From Squalus acanthias (taxonomy: Eukaryota): DNA of 64,000 bases. Location: positions 168,084,001 to 168,148,000 of the forward strand of contig CM059425.1 in NCBI GenBank assembly GCA_030390025.1, given 5' to 3'. The translations under genes and the position numbers were made by a program. Shown here in pieces: positions 36,079 to 48,160 of the stretch (within the stretch, counting starts at the first letter, position 1; every line of letters begins with the position of its first letter). Under the pieces are notes generated by a model. That model was not told the origin of the DNA and made no database searches. It saw nothing but the letters and a program-made list of their open reading frames with translations.

Positions 36079-36344
36079 GGTGAATTGGCTGAAATTTGAG
36101 AACTTTCATTGGTTTGCATTTTTCAAACATACTTTTCCTTCAAACTCATGATGTCTAGGAGTCAGAAGACATGACGATTATTACCATCCATCAGTTCAGA
36201 GAATGTATGATATTCTTTCCCTCCCTCCCCCTCCAATTGCCCAGTAAGATAAATCCTCATATCCATTCTAGCTTAAATATGCATGGTACACAAGTGAGAG
36301 CACCTGTCTGCCATGACTTGGAGGGCAAATTGGAGGTCACAGTG

Positions 36345-36590
36345 TTTGCAGGACAAGAGCAGCAATGTTCCCCTGTAAGTCACACACCATCCTGACTTGG
36401 ACATATGCTTCCAATCCTTCATCATCCCTGGGTGAAAATCCTGGGAATCCCTACCCAACACCATTCTCGGAGCCCAGCACCAGAAGGACTGCAGCGGTTC
36501 AAGAAGGCGGCCCACCGCCCCCTTCACAGGGCAACTAAGAATGGGCAGTAAATGAGGCCTTGCCAATATCACCCACACCCCAAGAAGAAA
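36345..36590 (+). mobile_element. 3' end fragment of LINE family B
   Basis: AAGTCACACACCATCCTGACTTGG...GCAGCGGTTCAAGAAGGCGG matches 20790-21000. Confidence 0.85.
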
Positions 36591-36699
36591 ATAAACACCC
36601 TGACAGCAAAAAATGTAAACAGCAAGCCAAAAATAGAAAAAATATGACACAGAACTACAGTGCACATCAAAGCAACACACATCACATTGCTCCGATCAT

Positions 36700-36910
36700 G
36701 AACGAAAAGCTCAGCAGGTCAATCAGCATTTGAAAGAGAATGATGGTTTAACATTTTAGGTGTGACCCTTCATCAGAACTTAAACTGAACGCAATATTCT
36801 GACGAGAGGTCACGGACAAAAAGTTGACCTGGCTTTCTCTTTCAGATGCTGATGATCCACTGAGCATTTCCACTATTTTTACATTGTTGTTTCATATTTC
36901 CAACAGTTTC
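36700..36910. mobile_element. Head-to-head pair of degenerate Penelope-like termini (family B)
   Basis: Minus strand AGTTCTGATGAAGGGTCACACCTAAAATGTTAAAC (36746-36780) and plus strand TTCTGACGAGAGGTCAC. Outer arms AGCAGGTCAATCAGCATTTGAAAGAGAA and TTCTCTTTCAGATGCTGATGATCCACT. Confidence 0.7.
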
Positions 36911-38048
36911 GATTTTCTTTTTGTCTTGAATTTGAAATAATAGGGCAATTTCCTTGATACATGTGGCCAGTGGGTGAGGTTTCCTGTTGGCAGTATGTTC
37001 TCAGAAACACAGTCCTTATGGGTGATTAACTGCGTAATTTGCATCTCACAGCTCACCTTGTCATCTAACCCCATCAATGTTGAGCTAGTTGGGTCAATTT
37101 TAATATCATGTTAAAATTAATGAAGAGAGAATTCTGGGGATCACAGGTACAATTTCCTGATATACATTCCTGGCAGGCGAGACTCTCCACTGAAAGCAAA
37201 CATTCAGAAAATCAACTCTTGTGTGTTATACTATATCACGGTTGAAGCTATAACAAATGCCATATTGCACTTAACTTTTTGACAGGACTTAGTTCTTACA
37301 AATGATGGTATCCCAGTTAAATAGAACATACTTACGCTTCTTAAATGTATTCATTCAGAGAATAGTAAATGATACGTTCTACTGTTTTCTGTACTTTCCT
37401 CAGGGTCTGTAATCATTAGAGAATAAGAGAACCACTGCAGAATAACAAGGTACATTTACAATTGTGTCACCAACATCAAGGAGCTTGGGTAATGAGTTAG
37501 AGTCATTGGGCCATAATTTGCTGTCAAAATAACGGTGAGGCTAATGGCACTCGCCGTTGTTTATGTGCAAATGGTACAGCAACTTCAGGCAAGGCGCAGA
37601 TGCGCCATTAAACACAAAAATCCAAAGGTTGCTGTCTGAGTTAGCTTCGTGAAATGTGTCCATTTCAGTCTAAGAACTCTTTTAACTACATGGTAAGTGT
37701 TAATTACTTCCAGTCAACCACTCTGGTACTGAATATTAAATATTACAAGTATGGAGTCTCATTCCTGCAGGTTTTAATTGTTGTTGGAGATTTTTTAAAT
37801 GTAAAATTTAACATTTAATTTTTCTTTTACTTTACCTTTCTGTCTCTTTTTCCTTGCTCTCTTGATCCAATCTTTCTTTCCCTCTCTTTATTTCTCTTTC
37901 TGTACCTGATTTGATATTGAATTCATCCACTCTAACTTACAATTCCTTCTCAGTCCTTGCCGTATTAATATTACAATCCTTCTATCTCATTGTTTAAGGA
38001 GATATACAGTTTCTTTCCCTGTTCACTCAGATCCCAGATGACCGGTTT

Positions 38049-38306
38049 ACCTCTTTGGCCTATTGCCTTGTACAATCATCCCTTTTGTCATTTAATCTCT
38101 CCTGCCTTCCACCCTATCACAGACCTTCCCTTTTGTTCTTTCTTCCCCTCCCCCCTTTCCCTGCCTCTGCACTTGCTTAAAATCTGTTACATCTCAAACT
38201 TTTTCCAGTTCTGACGAAGGGTCATCGACCTGAAACGTTAACTCTGTTTCTCTCTCCACAGATGCTGCCTGACCTGAGTATTTCCAGCATTTTCTGTTTT
38301 TATTTT
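38049..38306 (+). mobile_element. Penelope-like 3' terminus (family B), 258 bp
   Basis: 11-bp TSD ATGACCGGTTT (38038-38048) and ATGACTGGTTT (38307-38317). Pyrimidine-rich body with hammerhead motif; absent from the sister MITE at 7300. Confidence 0.85.
38207..38243 (+). ncRNA. Minimal type I hammerhead ribozyme motif
   Basis: AGTT-CTGACGA-A-GGGTC(ATC)GACCT-GAAA-CG-TT-AACT: stem I AGTT/AACT and palindromic stem III AACGTT. Confidence 0.82.
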
Positions 38307-39094
38307 ATGACTGGTTTCCCTCGCTGCATCATTACCAGCTCGCACTTTTAGCAGCTTGCCACGCAAAAAATTTAAAAACCTAAACCTGCGAGGGTAAGTC
38401 TATCTAACTGTAGATGCCATTAGATGCCCTGCTTCAGCAGATAATGGCCCAATATCACATATCCCTTCTCCCCCACCAGAATGTAAGAGATTGCACATCA
38501 CCTCTAGGAGGCCAATTATTAGCACTGGTGGGAGTGTGTCAATCTGCAAGAAACACACAGGATAGGTAAAATAGCAACATAAATGTAGAGGGAAATTTTA
38601 CTCTTTAGTGTCAATTTTGAAAAAGTAGGAGGTACATCTAAATCTGAAGTGGCTGAAATGACCAAGTTTGAAGATTTCCCAAACTTGATTCAACACTAAT
38701 CCTTAAACTCCACCACAGTACTGCCAATATACCAGAAGTGATCCCTTGAATCATCCTCAGGTTTCCAGAACAGTAGTATTTGGTCAAGTCTGTTCTGAGC
38801 AATAGCTACTTTTTCTGGTAAACTCAACAAATTAAGCTGAAGGTGTTGATCTTCTATACAGCTAGACATCATGTTATCTTGCTGAAAAGCATTAAGCTGA
38901 CAAATAACTAATCATGCATGCCATTTAATGTTCAAAAGACTCAGCATTCTCATATTGGTCTTTCAGTCAACAAACACACAGGAGTTTGCATCCCTGCAGT
39001 GGACGACTTACCCCTTAATAAAAAGGTCACATTTTTGAGTTCAACCTAAGAAAACTTGACTTAACTAACATGGTTTGGTAAATTTTCATGCTCA

Positions 39095-39510
39095 TCAACC
39101 TAATGCTTATTAGTGCTGAGAAATGGAAATTTGACCAGTTTTTGCAAAAAACATCAGTATCTAGCACTTCCAAATGAGATCTAGCATGGGTCATACGCAG
39201 GGTAAAGCATCCTCTACTCTGTTCATCGATATACCTCAACCCCACCTACCAAAAAGCTCCTCTAACTAAATGTTTGAGGGTTTTTTAATTTTTATATCAG
39301 GAGACTAAAATGACCAATTTTGTATCAATTTACGTGAACTTGTGGGCAGTTTCCTGGAGTGAACTCCTGTCTACATGGAAGTAGATGAGGACAGCTCAAA
39401 TTAATATGATATAGAACCCTTATAGCGAGCAGAGACAAAGAGACTTTCAGCTTAAAACTCTGAACCGAATTTGAACCTAGGTCTCGGAGGTGAAAGGACA
39501 GTGTACTAGG
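39095..39510 (-). mobile_element. Ancient tRNA-derived SINE resembling LF-SINE
   Basis: Minus strand CCTTTCACCTCCGAGACCTAGGTTCAAATTC (B box) and GGGTTGAGGTATATCG...CCCATGCT resemble recalled LF-SINE blocks. Confidence 0.55.
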
Positions 39511-39640
39511 CGTCACCTAGATCCTTCCAAAGCATCAAACTATCTTCCCCTGCCCTATGCGATTCATCCTTAGCCTCTCCAAAAAATATCCATGAACTGG
39601 GGGGGGGGGGGGGGACTGCTGATTCTCCAACTGTCATATT

Positions 39641-40487
39641 GGGCTGGATTTTGCCAATGGGGAGCTTTCGGAGGCGGGACTCCCACTTGTTGGGTTTTAG
39701 TCCCGCCTCCATCAACTTTTGGCCAACCCATGCTATTTTCCCTTGATTGACCTTGTTAAACCCGCCCAGCAGGTTTAGCAGGTCAATTAAGGGAAAGCCG
39801 GTTACAGAGAACGTCAACGTATGACGTTTCATCTGTCAAAAATTTTTGACTGATGAATTGTCATTGTTTGACAGCTCTGTGAAGCTGTCAAACACTGACA
39901 TTCTCTGTAGTTTGATGAGTTCTTGAATTCAAGACCTCATCAAACCTCTTTATTTAGCAGAAATTAGATGGTTGCTGCATTGGAGAATGCAGCGGCCATC
40001 TGTCATCTCTACCGCGGAGGTGCGAGACTCTCCGCATACCCAACTCTTGAAGCCTGCAGGAAGAAACAAAGGTAAGTAAATATTTACTAACACTTTCCAC
40101 TTACTTCACATACTCACCTCTCCACACTTGCACCCATCACTTACCTTCACAGCGCACTTTTGCACCCCTCCGACCCCCGCAGACCCACTGCTCGCCTTGG
40201 TGACCCTGGCGGGGTTCGGAGCCTTCGGGAAGCCCGCACTTGTGTGGGTAAAATGGGGATAATCTTCTTATGTGCCTGTTAACTACCTGTTAACAGGCAG
40301 TTAAGTGGCTGTAATCCCCTTCCTGCCTCCAAGGAGGCGGGACCCGGCGCGGGTCGGCTACCCGCTTCCTGGCAAGATGGCATAGAGGTGGGTTGGGGGC
40401 AGGTTGGGCACCCACTCCCAGATTCTGCCATTTACCCGGCAGTCCCGCCTACATAGCCACCTCCCCAGGGCTGGCAAGATCGCGCCC
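39641..40487. mobile_element. Harbinger-type MITE (about 847 bp), copy 2
   Basis: TIRs GGGCTGGATTTTGCCA and TGGCAAGATCGCGCCC, ATT TSD. Colinear with 1058-1902. Confidence 0.93.
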
Positions 40488-41246
40488 ATTAATTTCTTCT
40501 TTGGAAAGTATTATTGATTATCAGTAAAATAATTTCTACACCTGATTTGAATAAATCAGTAAATCTGGAAAAATGTTACATTCTTGCCCAAAACTGGACT
40601 ATTCCACTTGGTACAGTTGTTTTTATATATAAAGAAATACATGCCAATTTAGCACAATCAAAATAAGGCAGTGTTTTTTTCTCTGCCCACCCTGATACCC
40701 AGACCGTCTGGGAGACAAGGGGGGCAATTTTCCCAGCCCCGAGGAGGTGGGTTTGGAGGCGGGACAGTTGGCAAAGTCGCAAAAAGTGAGGGCGGGTTCG
40801 GAATCCGCCTCCAACCCGCCTCCGCGCAATTTTGCCAGAGGCAGGTTTGATGGGTGCGATTCGGTCCCACCTCCATCAGTCAGGAGAGGTAGTAAAGACC
40901 CTTAAATAATCATTAAGGGCCTCTATAATCCTATTTTGACAGGCCTTTGTTATTTTGCCACATTTTGTGCATGTTGCACGACCCTCCTAAACCACGCCAG
41001 CTAATCCTGGCGGGTTGACAAGTGGGTGGCCTCCTCACAGCTGCAGCTCCACCATTGAAACAGAGCTTTCATCAGGGAGCAGTTGCAGATGGCAGAACCT
41101 TTGTTCCACAAGTCTTTCAGCACTTTTAGCAGGCCTACCAAAGTTGGAGGTGCTGCAGCTTCTATCTCTCAACTGTGAGATCTCCTTGGAAGACCCTCTC
41201 CCCGCTTGGACTGAGCGCTTCCCCAACAGAGGTATCTGCCAGCAGC

Positions 41247-42490
41247 ATGGGAACCATTTATTTCTTTTCATCATGGACCTCAGATTCGGATGAGGAGCAG
41301 CCATGGCAGCAGCAGAACCAGGCAGCTCAGCAGCAACAGCAGCAGGAGCGCCAACCTCCTGCTCACCCACCTGATGCTGCACAGGGCAGAAGGCGTCAGC
41401 GCATGGAAGCACGTCGCCGCAGGAGATACCCCCCTCTCAGGGTTTACAGACAGAGGATGAGCTACCTCAACATGACTGAGCAGCAGTGCCAAAGGAGGCT
41501 GAGACTTTCGCAAGAGGTTGTCGGAGACATCCTAGCGCTGCTGCACCAACACCCTGAGCCCAGAGGAACGGGTGGACACCCCTTACCAGTGGCTGTCAAA
41601 GTCACCACCGCACTCAACTTTTTTGCCTCAGGCTCCTTCCAGGGATCATCAGCAGACATCAGCAGCATCTCCCAGTCGGCCGCCCACAGTTGCATCACGC
41701 AGGTTACTGATGCCCTTTTCGCAAAGGCGCACAATTACATCCACTTCTCAAGGGATCAAGCAAGTGTAACCGCGCGTTCAGTTGGCTTTGCAAATATGCC
41801 AGGCTTGCCAATGGTGCAGGGCATCATAGACTGCACACATGTGGCCCTTAGGGCACCCCATCAAAACCCAGCTATCTTTGTCAACTGCAAGGGCTTCCAC
41901 TCCCTCAACGTACAGCTGGTGTGTAACCACAAGAGGAGATTTTGCATGTTTGCGCCAAGTTCTGTGGTAGTTGCCATGACTCGTTCATCCTGCGGAACTC
42001 TAGTGTTCCTCCGCTTTTCAATCCGCCAAACCAACTTAACGGATGGCTCCTTGGTGACAAGGGCAACCCCCTGAAGAAGTGGCTGATGACGCCGATCAGG
42101 AGGCCAGCTAACGAGGCTGAGGAGCACTACAACGCCAGTCACATTTTGACCAGATCTCTCATCGAGCAAACCATTGGCTTGCTGAAGATGCGATTCTGAT
42201 GCCTTGACAGATCAGGTGGAGCCCTGCAGTATTCAGCAGCCAGGGTCTCCAGAATGGTCGTGGTCTGCTGTGCACTGCACAACATGGCACAGCGTCGTGG
42301 CTTGCAGCTTCCTGATGAGCAAGTGGCTCAGTTCATAGCCTCCTCAGATGAGGAGGAGGAGGAGGAGGAGGAGAAAGAGGAGGAGGACTGAGCGGCGGTG
42401 TATCTACCAGCAGCAGCAGCAGCGGCAGCATGCAAGCACATGGCTGCCCGTGATGCAAGGGATGGACTCATCCTGGCCAGATTTGCATAG
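41247..42490 (+). pseudogene. Harbinger (HARBI1-like) DDE transposase with frameshifts and stops
   Basis: [52 protein letters not shown] and [15 protein letters not shown]. Frameshift near 41940 and stop at 42197-42199. Confidence 0.95.
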
Positions 42491-42724
42491 GTTGCCCATT
42501 GTGGCACATGTGTTTGGCTCCTTCTTAACACATGATAGACAATGGACATGACTCTCTGGCCTCCTCTCACTCTGACCACCAACCTGACCACGCAAGTGTC
42601 ATGGAGCCCGCAATGTGGAGCTGCCTAAGCCAAAATAACAGATGTCATCACACCAACAGTTTGCCATCACCTAATTTTAATACATTCACACAGGGATGGC
42701 ATTTCAGCAATAAACAGAAACAAT

Positions 42725-42918
42725 CACCCAATCTGCACACAGATCTGGAGGTTATATCCCTTGCCAGCTGGACCCACACAGCCTTGGTTTCTTTGGGAGG
42801 CATCTTCCTCCCAGATGAGGGGAAGAGCACCTCCCTGCTGGCTCTCGCCCCCTCAACCAGGCATACCCAGCGCCTCATCCGAGAACCTCGGGGAGGCCCT
42901 TGCCTTGGAGCTGGCCAT
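42725..42918 (-). pseudogene. Truncated Myb/SANT-like DNA-binding partner gene
   Basis: MASSKARASPRFSDEALGM, a frameshift, then LVEGARASREVLFP...WVQLARDITSRSVCR, then a deletion. Confidence 0.85.
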
Positions 42919-43712
42919 TCTTCAAGGAGATAAAAGTTTGGAGGTGGTGCACCATCGACCAAAAACCAGTGGAATGAGCTGCAGCAAGCAGCCTTTAAAT
43001 GAAGCTGGATAAGTGACGTCAGCAGAGGCGAGTTTCAGTCCCAAAAGACGAATTGGCCCAGGGGAACCCACACCTCTGAAAGTAACTGGCCAATTAGGGG
43101 AAAATCACAAATTTTTCCCACCTGACAGTGGAGGCGGGTTTCGAACTCGCCCAAACCTGAAACCCACCTCCAATGGGAAAATCGCGCCCAAGGGTTCATT
43201 ATCTGTCAACTCTTTCTAATTTCATGCTGGCATTTTGAGGACACTTCAGATTTGACTTCCTACCTGCTGCCAAAACGTGAAATCTGAATTAGTACAAAGG
43301 CTTATCCCATGTGCTTGTCACATTTCAGATATTTTTGACCATTTTTCCACGGAAAGGATTTTGAAAGAGAGTTACTTTTAATGTTGGGTTTTTAAAAAGC
43401 AATGCGTACATTCAGAGTTTTTTTTTAAAATGCATCCAGATGGTGGTTGATATGGTACATGGAAGTTGTTTTTTCCAGAGACTAAACAATGAATGATTCA
43501 TCAGCTTTTCTGGGTAATCGGAAAACTCCTTTCACCCACTGTGCTGGCAAACCCTTTGATCTCTGTCTGTGAAGACATGGACACCTAAAAGCATGTTGGG
43601 CAGCAAACTGCAGTGAGAATATTCAAATAAGACAGGAGACTTCAGAGAGATGAGGTTCTGCCCTACGTGTAGGGTAGAATGTAAAGGGGTGATGGTGATG
43701 TAGAGGAGTAAT

Positions 43713-43906
43713 GGGGATGAAATTGGTCTTCGGCAGTAGCATAGAAAAGGGCAATTGTGAAATGGCAGTCCGTTTTACACCCATCAATTTTCTTTTCCAT
43801 TGAAGTCAACAGAAAAGAAAAATTGTTTGGGGACGGTGGTGCATAAACAGGTTGCCAATTTGTTATCACCCATTTTGCGCTACCGCCGAAGACGAATAAC
43901 ATCCCC
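43713..43906. mobile_element. Short palindromic MITE
   Basis: GGGGATGAAATTGGTCTTCGGCAGTAGC pairs with GCTACCGCCGAAGACGAATAACATCCCC. Confidence 0.75.
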
Positions 43907-45020
43907 ATTATGTTTAAGTAGAACAACCCACTGAAGTGGGGTAGTGTAGCGAGTTCATTATTTCTACATCATTACACAAACATATTTTAACCAGCTGCAC
44001 GAAGGGAATCTGATCATAACTGTCACTCTTACATTCACCTTACTGCTACACCCCCATTGCACAAGTAGATATAGGGCAGTGTGAGCCAACAATCATAAAG
44101 TTAAGTCACTCAGACCATGTAAGGGAGCAACTGATGCCACTGAACCTGAGAAAGCATCTGCGGCAGTAACCGTGCTACACACACAGATACTTGCCACACT
44201 CCAGGGAATGCAGCCTCCCAAGCAATCGGGTCACATTGCACTCAACAAGATAAACATGTAGCTGTTAGAAATGAAGCTGGTCATTATTCCTGTAAGTGGA
44301 CTTGAACCCACTAAAGACAAGGACAACCCAATGAAGGTGGAACACACCACAAAAGGAAAAAGGAAAAGAGATGGTGATGAGTATAAATTATACAGGAAAT
44401 GAGTAGAGAGAGAGAGAGGAACTGAATAAAATGACCGAAACAGATGCTTTTATTTTTAGGATGAGATGGAGAACAGCGTGGGGAAGTGTTTAAAATTGTT
44501 ATTATGACAATGCAGACAAAGATGCAGGGAGGTAAAGTTACTACTAGTTTTCATACCCTTGTTTTTTAAAACCTATATGGTATATAGACTATCATTTATG
44601 TTTTATGATGTGCTTCCCCCACTGTTGTCATACACCCTATTCATTTTGTGATCAAAAATATATTAAAATGAAATAAGATACCAGAAACAAAACAATGTCA
44701 ATGTCAGTTTAATATTTTCACCTACATTTTGGTAAAAAATTAATGATTTGTAGAGGCTAATGAGACCAATGACTGCATCATTGTTCATGTACTGCTATCA
44801 CTACCACGTGTAAACATGATAAATATTCTTGGAAAACATTTACCACACCATCCTCCCGCATTGCTAGAAATTCAACATGTGGGAAACTGTCATTTAGCTG
44901 AAATTTCAAAGACTGTATCTCAATTAATTGAAACCAAACTGATTTCCCAAAGGATTTTTTTAACATTTAAATCATGAACTAAAACAAAAGTGAAAGTATG
45001 AAAAAAACACGAGCTATTTA

Positions 45021-45184
45021 TCAGTAAACTACATGACCTCTCCTGCGAACAAAGAATCCTGTCCACAAGGTACAGTTACAAGCAGTGGTTCCCAGCCATA
45101 CTAATATCACAACAGAAATCACAGGAAAGGGCAGGACTTCCTGTTGCCCATTTCTCTGTAGTCCATCTGCTCTAGTTTGCTTAG
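45021..45184 (-). CDS. Candidate terminal coding exon with a hydrophobic segment (unidentified gene)
   Basis: Acceptor TTTTTCAAATCTCTGCAG. Frame reads KQTRADGLQRNGQQEVLPFPVISVVILVWLGTTACNCTLWTGFFVRRRGHVVY*. No homology recognised. Confidence 0.25.
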
Positions 45185-46109
45185 CTGCAGAGATTTGAAA
45201 AATCTCCAATTTCATAATTCTAAATAAATACTGCCTGTTAATGCATCTGAATAACGTTCTTTTTGCATGTGCACAAAGGAAGTTTATTAAAGTAAAAGAC
45301 TCAGAGACCTAGAAATTTGGCCAGGCACTAAACGGTCACCAACTACAAGCCAGAAGTGCGCCACCCCGCCATATTGGTAAAGACCAAAAAATCGGCATGC
45401 AGTGCACATATGAAAATAAGGGGCCTAACGCTGTTTGAGGGCCCCACTGCCGACATGGTGGTCCCAAAAGAGACAGCTTGTTAGGCCACGACCAACAAGA
45501 TAAGTTTTTTAAAATATACTTACCTGAATGTGGAGCCAGGAGGAACATTCCTGCTCCTCCTAACCCTGGCTGCCGTGTGGCCCCCTAATCGACACCAATC
45601 TTCTCCCTGGGAACCAATCGCCGCCACTCCCCCGGCCATCAATCACCCCCCCAACCACCGCAAGCGCCGACTACTTTTAAACAATTTCGCGAACAGTGGT
45701 AGAGAGTCAATCACTCTACAAAGGGTTAATTCTCAGTTTCTCGATCAGTTGTGGAGTAAATTAACCACCCAAAGAATAACCCGAAGGTAACAAGTGTAAG
45801 CATCTTCAAGATCTTGATATTTATGCACATTATCTCCTTCATCTCTAATAGGCTTTTGAAGGGTAGTCATGAATATTAACCATGCTGAAAACATTCGCAG
45901 ATCTTTGATGTGTAATTCTCAGAGCTTTTCAGCATTGGATCCATTTTACTAAAAGATATCAGTATGCAGGAGACTTCTTTAGAACTCAGCAAGCACTAAT
46001 ATATAATCTTCCTACTCTACCAGAGTACTTTATAATGCTGTTCTTTTTCTTCATAACATTTCTAATTACAATTTTACACAGTAACCTAACAGAGAAAATT
46101 ATAACATCA

Positions 46110-47781
46110 ATTTTTTTTTTCATTCGTTCATGGGATTTGGGCGTCGCTGGCAAGGCCAGCATTTATTGCCCATCCCTAATTGCCCTTGAGAAGGTGGTGG
46201 TGAGCCGCCTTCTTGAACCGCTGCAGTCCATGCGGTGAAGATACTCCCACTGTGCTGTTAGGGAGGGAGTGCCAGAATTTTGACCCAGCGATGATGAAGG
46301 AACGGCGATATACTTCCAAGTCAGGATTGTGTGTGACTTGGAGGTGATGGTGTTCCCATAAGAACATAAAAAATAGGAGCAGGAATAGGCCACTTGGCCC
46401 CTCGAGTCTGCTCCGCCATTCAATAAGATCATGGCTGATCTTGGGCTCAAAGCCACTTCATTGCCCGCTCCCCATAAGCCTTCACTGCCTTATCTTGCAA
46501 AAATCTATCTCCACCTTAAATGTATTTAATGACCCAGCCTCCACAGCTCTCTGGGGCAGAAATTCCACAGATTTACGACCCTCTGAGAGAAGAAGTTCCT
46601 CCTCATCTAGTTCTAAAAGGGCGACCCTTTATTCTGAAACTATGCCCCGGAGTTCTAGATTTCCCCACGAGGGGAAACATCCTCTCTGCATCTACCCTGT
46701 CGAGCCCCCTCAGTATCTTATATGTTTCAATACGATCACCTCTCATTCTTCTAAATTCCAATGAGTAAAGGCCCAGCCTGCTCAACCTTTCTTCATAAGT
46801 CAACCACCTCATCTCTGGAATTAACCTAGTGAATCATCTCTGAACTGCCTCCAATGCAAGTATATCCTTCCTTAAACAAGGAGACCAAAACTGTATGCAG
46901 TACTCAAGGTGTTATCTCAGCAATACCCTGTACAGTTGTAGCAGGACTTCCCAGCTTTTATACTCAAACCCCCTTGCAATAAAGGCCAACATTCCATTTG
47001 CCTTTTTGATTACTTGCTGCACCTGCATGCTAACATTTTGTGTTTCATGCACAAGGACCCCAGGTCCCTCTGAACTGTAGCATTCTGTAATCTCTCTCCA
47101 TTTAAATAATAATTTGCTTTTTTATTTTTCTTGCCAAAGTGGATAGCCTCGCACTTTCCCACATTATACTCCATCTGCCAAATGTTTGCCCACTCACTTA
47201 GTCTGTCTATATCCCTTTGCAGATTCTTTGAGTCCTCTGCACAACTTGCTTTCCCACCCATCTTTGTATCATCCGCAAACTTGGCTACATTACACTCGGT
47301 CCCTTCATCCAAGTCATTAATGCAGAATGTAAATAGTTGAAGCCTCAGCACCGATCCCTGTGGCACCCCACTAGTTACCGTTTGCCAACTGGAAAATTAC
47401 CCATTTATCCCGACTCTCTGCTTTTTGTTAGTTAGCCATTCTCTATCCATGCTAATATATTACCCCCAACTCCGTGAGCTCTTATCTTATGCAGTAACCT
47501 TTTATGTGGCACCTTATCGAATGCCTTCTGGTATTCCAAATACACCACATCCACTGGCTCACCCTTGTCAACCCTGCTCATTACATCATGGCACCTGCTG
47601 CCCTTGTCCTTCGAGGTGGTAGAGGTCGCGGGTTTGGGAGATGCTGCGGAAGGAGCCTTGGTGAGTTGCTGCAGTGCATCTTGTAGATGGTACACACTGC
47701 AGCCACAGTACGCCGGTGGTGGAATGGAGTGAATGTTTAAGGTGGTGGATGGGGTGCCAATCAAGCGGGCTGCTTTGTCCT
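46110..47781 (-). mobile_element. LINE family B 3' fragment (46110-46357 plus 47586-47781) split by CR1
   Basis: Both parts are reverse complements of 20590-21010 and are contiguous when the insert is removed. Confidence 0.88.
46357..47585 (-). mobile_element. 5'-truncated CR1 (RT region and 3' UTR)
   Basis: VDKGEPVDVVYL..KAFDKVPH, PQGSVL, KFADDTKMGG and LGLYSLEFRRMRGD. CATAAGAAC tail. Confidence 0.93.
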
Positions 47782-48160
47782 AGACATTAATTAGAGGTAT
47801 CTGTTTTATTTTCAATGATGTACACGGCATGTACTGCGAGAATGTAATGAATATCCTCCTGAACAAGACACACACTGGTAACATTTTCATTGGGAGTGTG
47901 TGTATGCGTGAGGGAGAGCGTGCAAATGGAGAGGCGGATGTGACTGCCTCAATAAAGTAAATACCTCTGTAAGTTGTGTGTGATGTTTTATTGGTACAGG
48001 TATGGGGTATGTGTGTCAGTCTGTGGGTGTGCTGGTGTGGAAGTATCGTTGTTGATATGTTTTAAGTGTGTGTGAGGCTGCATGTATGAGTATGCTTGTG
48101 TGTCTGCCCATGGGTTAGTACTGTCTCCAAAATGTTGAACATTATATGGTAAATTTGATA

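Larger units (their letters stand above)
37508..38450. mobile_element. MITE (family of 7300-8016) interrupted by a Penelope-like fragment
   Basis: TIRs GGGCCATAATTTGCTG and CAGCAGATAATGGCCC. Confidence 0.82.
40720..43189 (+). mobile_element. PIF/Harbinger DNA transposon, 2470 bp, defective
   Basis: TIRs GGGGGCAATTTTCCCA and TGGGAAAATCGCGCCC, AAG TSD on both sides. Convergent transposase and Myb-like remnants. Confidence 0.96.

Noticed and set aside
37330..37440. Minus-strand exon with GTAAGT donor
   Set aside because: Stop codons in the frames examined, and no recognised product.
39598..39614. Long G homopolymer
   Set aside because: Simple repeat of uncertain length with no supporting structure.
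42312..42335. CTGATGAG as a hammerhead core
   Set aside because: No GAAA or stem III follows; it is transposase coding sequence (PDEQ).
41247..42490. Domesticated host HARBI1 gene
   Set aside because: Has a frameshift and stops, and is flanked by TIRs, a TSD and a Myb remnant, so it is a transposon copy.
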